From Geodermatophilaceae bacterium (GTDB lineage: Bacteria > Actinomycetota > Actinomycetes > Mycobacteriales > Geodermatophilaceae), in assembly GCA_013811805.1 (NCBI GenBank), contig JACCUM010000232.1:1-37392 (forward strand): a stretch of DNA of 37,392 bases. The letters are read 5' to 3'. The position numbers were made by a program, and so were the translations under genes. Below the pieces are notes generated by a model. It was not told the DNA's origin. It ran no database searches and saw only the letters and a list, made by a program, of their open reading frames with translations. The stretch's first letter is position 1. Each line of letters begins with the position of its first letter. This document shows positions 31,087-37,392 of the stretch, one piece after another.

Positions 31087-31745
31087 GCCAGTTGCGGGTG
31101 TTCCTCGTCGACGACCATGCCATGATCCGGTCCGGCGTACGGGCCGAGCTCGGCTCTGATCCGCAGGCTGGTTTGGCCGTGGTCGGGGAGGCCGGAACGG
31201 TCGAAGACGCCGTACGCGGGATCCTCGAGACCATGCCGGACGTCGTCCTGCTGGACGTCCACATGCCCAGCGGGGGTGGCCGAGCCGTGCTGGACCAGGT
31301 CCGGGGGCAGGCACCAGGCGTGCGCTTCCTGGCCCTGTCGGTCTCCGACGCCGCCGAGGACGTCATCGGCGTGATCCGAGGCGGGGCAAGGGGATACGTG
31401 ACCAAGACCATTTCTGGTGCGGACCTGCGCGACGCCGTGAGCCGAGTCGCGGCCGGGGATGCGATCTTCTCACCGCGGTTGGCCGGCTTCGTGCTCGACG
31501 CCTTCGCGACCGGCCCGGCCGCCGTATCGGAGGACGTCGCCGAAAAGGCTCTGGACGTCCTGAGCGCCCGTGAGCGAGAGGTCATGCGGTTGCTCGCTCG
31601 TGGGTACACCTACCGCGAGATAGGCCAACAGCTCTTCATCTCGATCAAAACGGTCGAGACGCACGCCTCCAACGTGCTGCGCAAGCTGCAGGTGTCCAAC
31701 CGCAACGAGCTCACTCGCTGGGCTGTCGACCGCCGCATCGTCTAG
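31083..31745 (+). CDS. LuxR/NarL-family response regulator (LiaR-like)
   Basis: REC domain (VFLVDDHAMIRSG, VLLDVHMP, LSV) and a LuxR HTH (LSAREREVMRLLARGYTYREIGQQLFISIKTVETHASNVLRKL). ATG 31083 overlaps the kinase stop (ATGA). Confidence 0.93.
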   Translation: MSQLRVFLVDDHAMIRSGVRAELGSDPQAGLAVVGEAGTVEDAVRGILETMPDVVLLDVHMPSGGGRAVLDQVRGQAPGVRFLALSVSDAAEDVIGVIRGGARGYVTKTISGADLRDAVSRVAAGDAIFSPRLAGFVLDAFATGPAAVSEDVAEKALDVLSAREREVMRLLARGYTYREIGQQLFISIKTVETHASNVLRKLQVSNRNELTRWAVDRRIV

Positions 31746-31830
31746 ACGCGCACTACGATCTGCGGGCTGATATCGGTGGCGCGTCGGGCGTCGATCGTCA
31801 ATGATCGACTTCTCGACCGGAAGCGATCCG

Positions 31831-32537
31831 ATGCTGCTCACGATCTCCACGTCTCACCCCGCCGGCAACCGATCTCGGCTTCCTGTTGCACAAGAACCCC
31901 GCTGCGGTGCACAGGGTCCAGATGTCATTCGGCACGGTGCACGTCCTCTACCCGATAGCCAGCAGCGAACTCTGCACCGCAGTGCTCATCGTCGAGGTCG
32001 ACCACGTCGGACTCGTGCGCGATCGCAAAGGCCCGAGGGGAAACCACTTCTCCCTCGCCCAGTACGTCAACGACCGGCCGTACGCGTCGTCCTCGTTCAT
32101 GTCCGTGGCCATTCAACAAGCTCTTCGGAACCGCGCTGTCCGGTCACAGCAGGGAACGGCCCGAGTCGGCCGAGACACCCATTCCCGTCATCGCTCATCT
32201 CCCGGTCGTGCGCTGCCGAGGTGGCGAGGCGATCTTGCGCCGGCTGTTCGAGCCGCTCGATTATCAGATCGACACAACCACCATCCCGCTGGACCCGACA
32301 TTTCCGCAGTGGGGTGCCAGCCGGTACTTCGGCGTCACGCTGACCGCGACCGTCCGGGTGCGCGACCTGCTCGAGCATCTGTTTGTGCTGCTGCCGGTGC
32401 TGGACGACGACAAGCACTATTGGGTCGGAGCCGACGAGGTCGACAATCTGCTTCGCCGTGGCAGCGATTGGCTGGGAACACATCCTGATCGCGAACTCAT
32501 CACCCGGCGCTACCTACGCCACGACCCGCGGCTGTGA
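31831..32537 (+). pseudogene. hen1: Relic of the 3'-terminal RNA ribose 2'-O-methyltransferase Hen1 (N-terminal domain only, two frameshifts, methyltransferase half missing)
   Basis: Three frames concatenate to MLLTISTSHP / PATDLGFLLHKNPAAVHRVQMSFGTVHVLYP...LAQYVNDRPYASSSFMSVAIQQ / LFGTALSGHSRERP...LPVVRCRGGEAILRRLFEPLDYQ...LPVLDDDKHYWVGADEVDNLLRRGSDWLGTHPDRELITRRYLRH. This matches the bacterial Hen1 N-terminal domain as I remember it. The junctions are at 31860/31862 and 32119/32121. Stop at 32535-32537. Confidence 0.7.
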
Positions 32538-33085
32538 GAAAGCCGACCGTTGGCTGTGAACATCGCTCGGCTACGGAGAGCTGCGAACCGCTCGTGCTTC
32601 CCTTGGCCAAACCTATTGCGCAGCAACATCTTGCGGTAGACTTCGAACATAGGTTCGGAGGTACGGGGGGGTGGCTGATACGGGACGACGACCGGGTCAG
32701 CGACGCCTGCGCCGTACCGGATGACCGGCCGCGCGACGGCAACCGGGTCGGCGGCGCCTTTGAGGGGCCGGGAACGGGGCCGCCGTGGATGTGCGCGGAT
32801 GAGTATCGGGCCTCGTTGCGCGACATTCCCGACGAGGTGCTGGATTCAGCACCCGTGGGGATGCCGGAGGGGTTGTGGCTGGCGGCGATGGCCGCCCGGC
32901 TGCGATCCGCTGGATGATCCGGCCGGGCTGGTCCTGGCCAGGGCGTTGGCCGCGGTCCTCGACGCTCATGCCGGTGACGCCAGTCGATCCGGCCGTCGGG
33001 TCGGGTGTGGGCGGTCCAGTGTGGGTGTTGTTTGAGGTGGTGGTGGTGCCGGCAGCAGGAGCGGACCACAGCTTACTGTCTCCAC

Positions 33086-33532
33086 GTGCAAGAAGCGGTC
33101 GTCGCGGTGCTCCGGCATCGGGATCGGATCCTCATCGTGAAGCGAGGGCCACTGGTCGTGTTGCCGGGCTACTGGACGCCGCTCAGTGGGAGGGTCGAGC
33201 CCGGTGAGACCCAGGAAGATGCCCTTGTCCGCGAAGTCAGCGAAGAGGTTGGCCTCCAGGTGGCCCCGCGGGCGAAGGTCTGGGAATGCCCCACCGACGA
33301 CGGCGACTTCTTGCTGCACTGGTGGACCGTCGACCTCGAACCACCGCCGATCGAAACTCGGCAGCTCGAATCGCTGCAACTCAGATCGGGTCAGCTCGGA
33401 CCGCAGCAGCTGGTACTCGATCCCGCCGAGGTCAGCGACGCTCGTTGGGTGACGCCCGCGGAGTTCCTACAGATGTCGCCAACATTCGCCGGCGACCGGG
33501 AGTTCTTCGAACACGTGCTTCCCCGGTTGTAG
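33086..33532 (+). CDS. NUDIX hydrolase
   Basis: Nudix box GRVEPGETQEDALVREVSEEVGL (GX5EX7REUXEEXGU). Start placed at GTG 33086 (VQEAVVAVLRHRDRILIVKR). Confidence 0.85.
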   Translation: MQEAVVAVLRHRDRILIVKRGPLVVLPGYWTPLSGRVEPGETQEDALVREVSEEVGLQVAPRAKVWECPTDDGDFLLHWWTVDLEPPPIETRQLESLQLRSGQLGPQQLVLDPAEVSDARWVTPAEFLQMSPTFAGDREFFEHVLPRL

Positions 33533-33605
33533 GCGGATCGCTGCCCACCGACGTTGTACTCGGATCCAAGCAGTCGCTCTGCAACCGGCGTCTACGACTG
33601 CGCTG

Positions 33606-34337
33606 TCACGCGGTACCGAAGACGTGGAATCCCTCGGCCAGGCGTCCTTCGGGAAAGCCGGCCGTACGCGCTTGTACGGCGAAGGCGGTACGGACGAACT
33701 GCGCCACATCCATGTCCGGTGTCTGACTGGCATGGCAGCGCAGAGCGGCGATCTTGCGCTCGGCAACATCGGTGATGTCGACGTAATGGTTCGGCTGCGG
33801 GCTTCCCATCTGCCACACCTCGCGAACCTTCCACGGTTCGAGGCCCTCGATGGTCAGGAGTTCCGGATGGGCGTAGGGGTTGCGCGCGTCGGGATACACC
33901 GCGCACAGCGCTGCCTCCCCGGCGGCCAGATGATCGGGATGGCTCGCCCCGAGCCGGCGATAGTTGCGCTCCGGGGCCGAGCAGAGCAACAGGTCCGGGC
34001 GTACCTGGCGAATGACTCTGGACAGATCCCGGCGAAGTTCATGGGTGACCGTCAGACGCCCGTCCGGATAACCCAGGAAAACCAGGTCGGACACGCCGAC
34101 TTCGGCGGCGGCTGCTCTTTGCTCGCCCTGCCGGATGCCTGCGATCGCAGAACGGTCGACAGCGTCATCGAAGCCGCCGGCGTCGCCGTCGGTGATCACA
34201 CAGTAGGTGACCGGCAGGCCGGCCTCAGTGAAGGTGGCGATGGTTCCTCCGGCACCGAAATCGACATCGTCGGGGTGGGCCACGACGACCAGAACCCGAT
34301 CGACGTCGCTCAGCCGGACGTACGGTGGCGCGCTCAC
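33606..34337 (-). CDS. PIG-L/LmbE-family N-acetylglucosaminyl deacetylase
   Basis: VLVVVAHPDDVDFGAGGTIA (the AHPDD motif), HPDH, GYPDG. Lies 29 nt downstream of chorismate mutase on the same strand. Confidence 0.85.
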   Translation of the reverse strand: MSAPPYVRLSDVDRVLVVVAHPDDVDFGAGGTIATFTEAGLPVTYCVITDGDAGGFDDAVDRSAIAGIRQGEQRAAAAEVGVSDLVFLGYPDGRLTVTHELRRDLSRVIRQVRPDLLLCSAPERNYRRLGASHPDHLAAGEAALCAVYPDARNPYAHPELLTIEGLEPWKVREVWQMGSPQPNHYVDITDVAERKIAALRCHASQTPDMDVAQFVRTAFAVQARTAGFPEGRLAEGFHVFGTA

Positions 34338-34366
34338 CGGCTGGCCACCGAGGGAGGGCGGACAGC

Positions 34367-34708
34367 TCAGAGCCGTCCTCGGCCAGCGCGCAACAAGAGC
34401 ATCGCCAATGAGGTACCGGTCTCGCCGAGCTCGGCCGAGAACCGGGCAACGACGGCCTGCTCGCGGGCCAACGACAGACGGGTTCCGCCCGCGGCCATCC
34501 GGAGTCGGCCGACCTGCTTGGAGATCTGGATCCGACGGGCTACCAGTTCGACCAGGGCAGCATCGACCGCATCGATCTCCATACGTAGTTCGCCGATCGC
34601 CTCGTCGGTCTGCAGCGCAGTCATGGGCGGTGTCGCGGTCGATGACGCTATGAGAGCGGCCAGCCGGACGGCCGGACTCGGTGCCTGCGGCTCGGTCATG
34701 GTGATCAC
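34367..34708 (-). CDS. Chorismate mutase, AroQ class (Rv0948c-like)
   Basis: IGELRMEIDAVDAALVELVARRIQISKQVGRLRMAAGGTRLSLAREQAVVARFSAELGETGTSLAMLLLRAGRGRL closely parallels the intracellular mycobacterial chorismate mutase. A GGAGG lies at 34717-34713. The start is GTG 34708 or ATG 34699. Confidence 0.88.
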   Translation of the reverse strand: MITMTEPQAPSPAVRLAALIASSTATPPMTALQTDEAIGELRMEIDAVDAALVELVARRIQISKQVGRLRMAAGGTRLSLAREQAVVARFSAELGETGTSLAMLLLRAGRGRL

Positions 34709-34740
34709 GGGTTCCTCCGAAGTAGGCGACCCGCGTCCGG

Positions 34741-34776
34741 GAAAGGAAAAACCCCGGGCTGTCGGGCCCGGGGTTT
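34741..34776 (-). terminator. Canonical intrinsic terminator (11-bp GC stem, 6-nt loop, U-tract) located upstream of the chorismate mutase start
   Basis: The minus strand reads AAACCCCGGGC-CCGACA-GCCCGGGGUUU followed by UUCCUUUC. On the plus strand the same hairpin is followed by TTTCTGT, a weaker tail. Confidence 0.6.
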
Positions 34777-34967
34777 CTGTCGTGGACTGTGCTCAGTCAG
34801 CAGCGACGGATACCGGAGGCCGGTACCCATAGTAAAACTCGCGCGCGCTGAGGAACACGCCGCGAGTATGGCACAACATGTGCGGCCGACCAACGCGGTG
34901 GCCGGCCACGCTTGGTACCCACGCACGAATCGGGAAAGTCCCCGAGGAGCCGTAGGGTTGTACTGAC

Positions 34968-37334
<2,367 letters not shown>

Positions 37335-37340
<6 letters not shown>

Positions 37341-37374
37341 CGCTTGGGTAACTGCTCTAGCGCTTGGGTAACTG
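37335..37374 (+). repeat. Perfect 20-bp tandem duplication CTCTAGCGCTTGGGTAACTG x2 covering the pcrA stop codon
   Basis: Copies at 37335-37354 and 37355-37374 are identical. The first contains the pcrA TAG (37338-37340). Confidence 0.95.
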
Positions 37375-37392
37375 CCGGCGTCAGGTCAGTCG

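Noticed and set aside
34895-34925. T-box-like sequence (minus strand GUGGGUACCAAGCG, compared with the T-box GGUGGUACCGCG) in the chorismate mutase leader. GGGUACC occurs twice (also near 34822-34828).
   Set aside because: The match is partial. It lies about 150 nt upstream of the terminator instead of forming an antiterminator with the terminator 5' arm. I could not identify a Stem I/specifier-loop architecture.
34928-34952. RNase P-like string CGGGAAAGUCCCCGAGGAGCC (compared with the P4 region GAGGAAAGUCCGGGCUC).
   Set aside because: Only a short resemblance. The spacer (259 bp) is too small for RNase P RNA, and the other conserved regions are absent.

Overview
Very GC-rich actinobacterial chromosomal segment in which codon third positions are almost all G/C. 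About 85% is conserved housekeeping genes. From memory, the order resembles the Mycobacterium tuberculosis Rv3443c-Rv3396c block plus the Rv0948c/Rv0949 pair. Left to right: DEAD-box helicase 3' end; a molybdenum-cofactor cluster (mobA, fdhD, moaB, moaC, moeA); an orphan lipoprotein; rplM-rpsI-glmM; a DM13 membrane protein; glmS; acpS-nnr; a small decayed pocket (IscA/HesB-like ORF and a PPOX gene with an in-frame TAG); alr, an alpha/beta hydrolase and tsaE-tsaB-rimI-tsaD joined by overlapping stop/start codons; CIRCE-groES-groEL (His-rich tail); a 4-TM protein and DUF5319; guaB, guaB3-like, guaA; a frameshifted LOR/scramblase-like gene; a Psp/Lia-type envelope-stress module (small TM protein, PspC-DUF1707-LiaF-like protein, PspC-histidine kinase, LuxR response regulator); a relic of the Hen1 RNA-repair methyltransferase; Nudix hydrolase; PIG-L deacetylase; AroQ chorismate mutase; pcrA/uvrD1. 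I saw no rRNA, tRNA, CRISPR array, transposase or integrase. No intact novel multi-gene system is evident. The points most worth a second look are: (i) a canonical intrinsic terminator inside the chorismate mutase leader, making it a candidate attenuator, riboswitch or sRNA; (ii) independent inactivating lesions confined to accessory genes (Hen1 relic, scramblase-like frameshift, PPOX amber codon, IscA-like ORF lacking a canonical start); (iii) several unusually long perfect palindromes and inverted repeats at gene junctions (758-817, 8506-8574, 17063-17126); (iv) short in-frame or stop-spanning tandem repeats (guaA 5' end, pcrA 3' end). All family assignments rest on motif recognition by eye, because no searches could be run.
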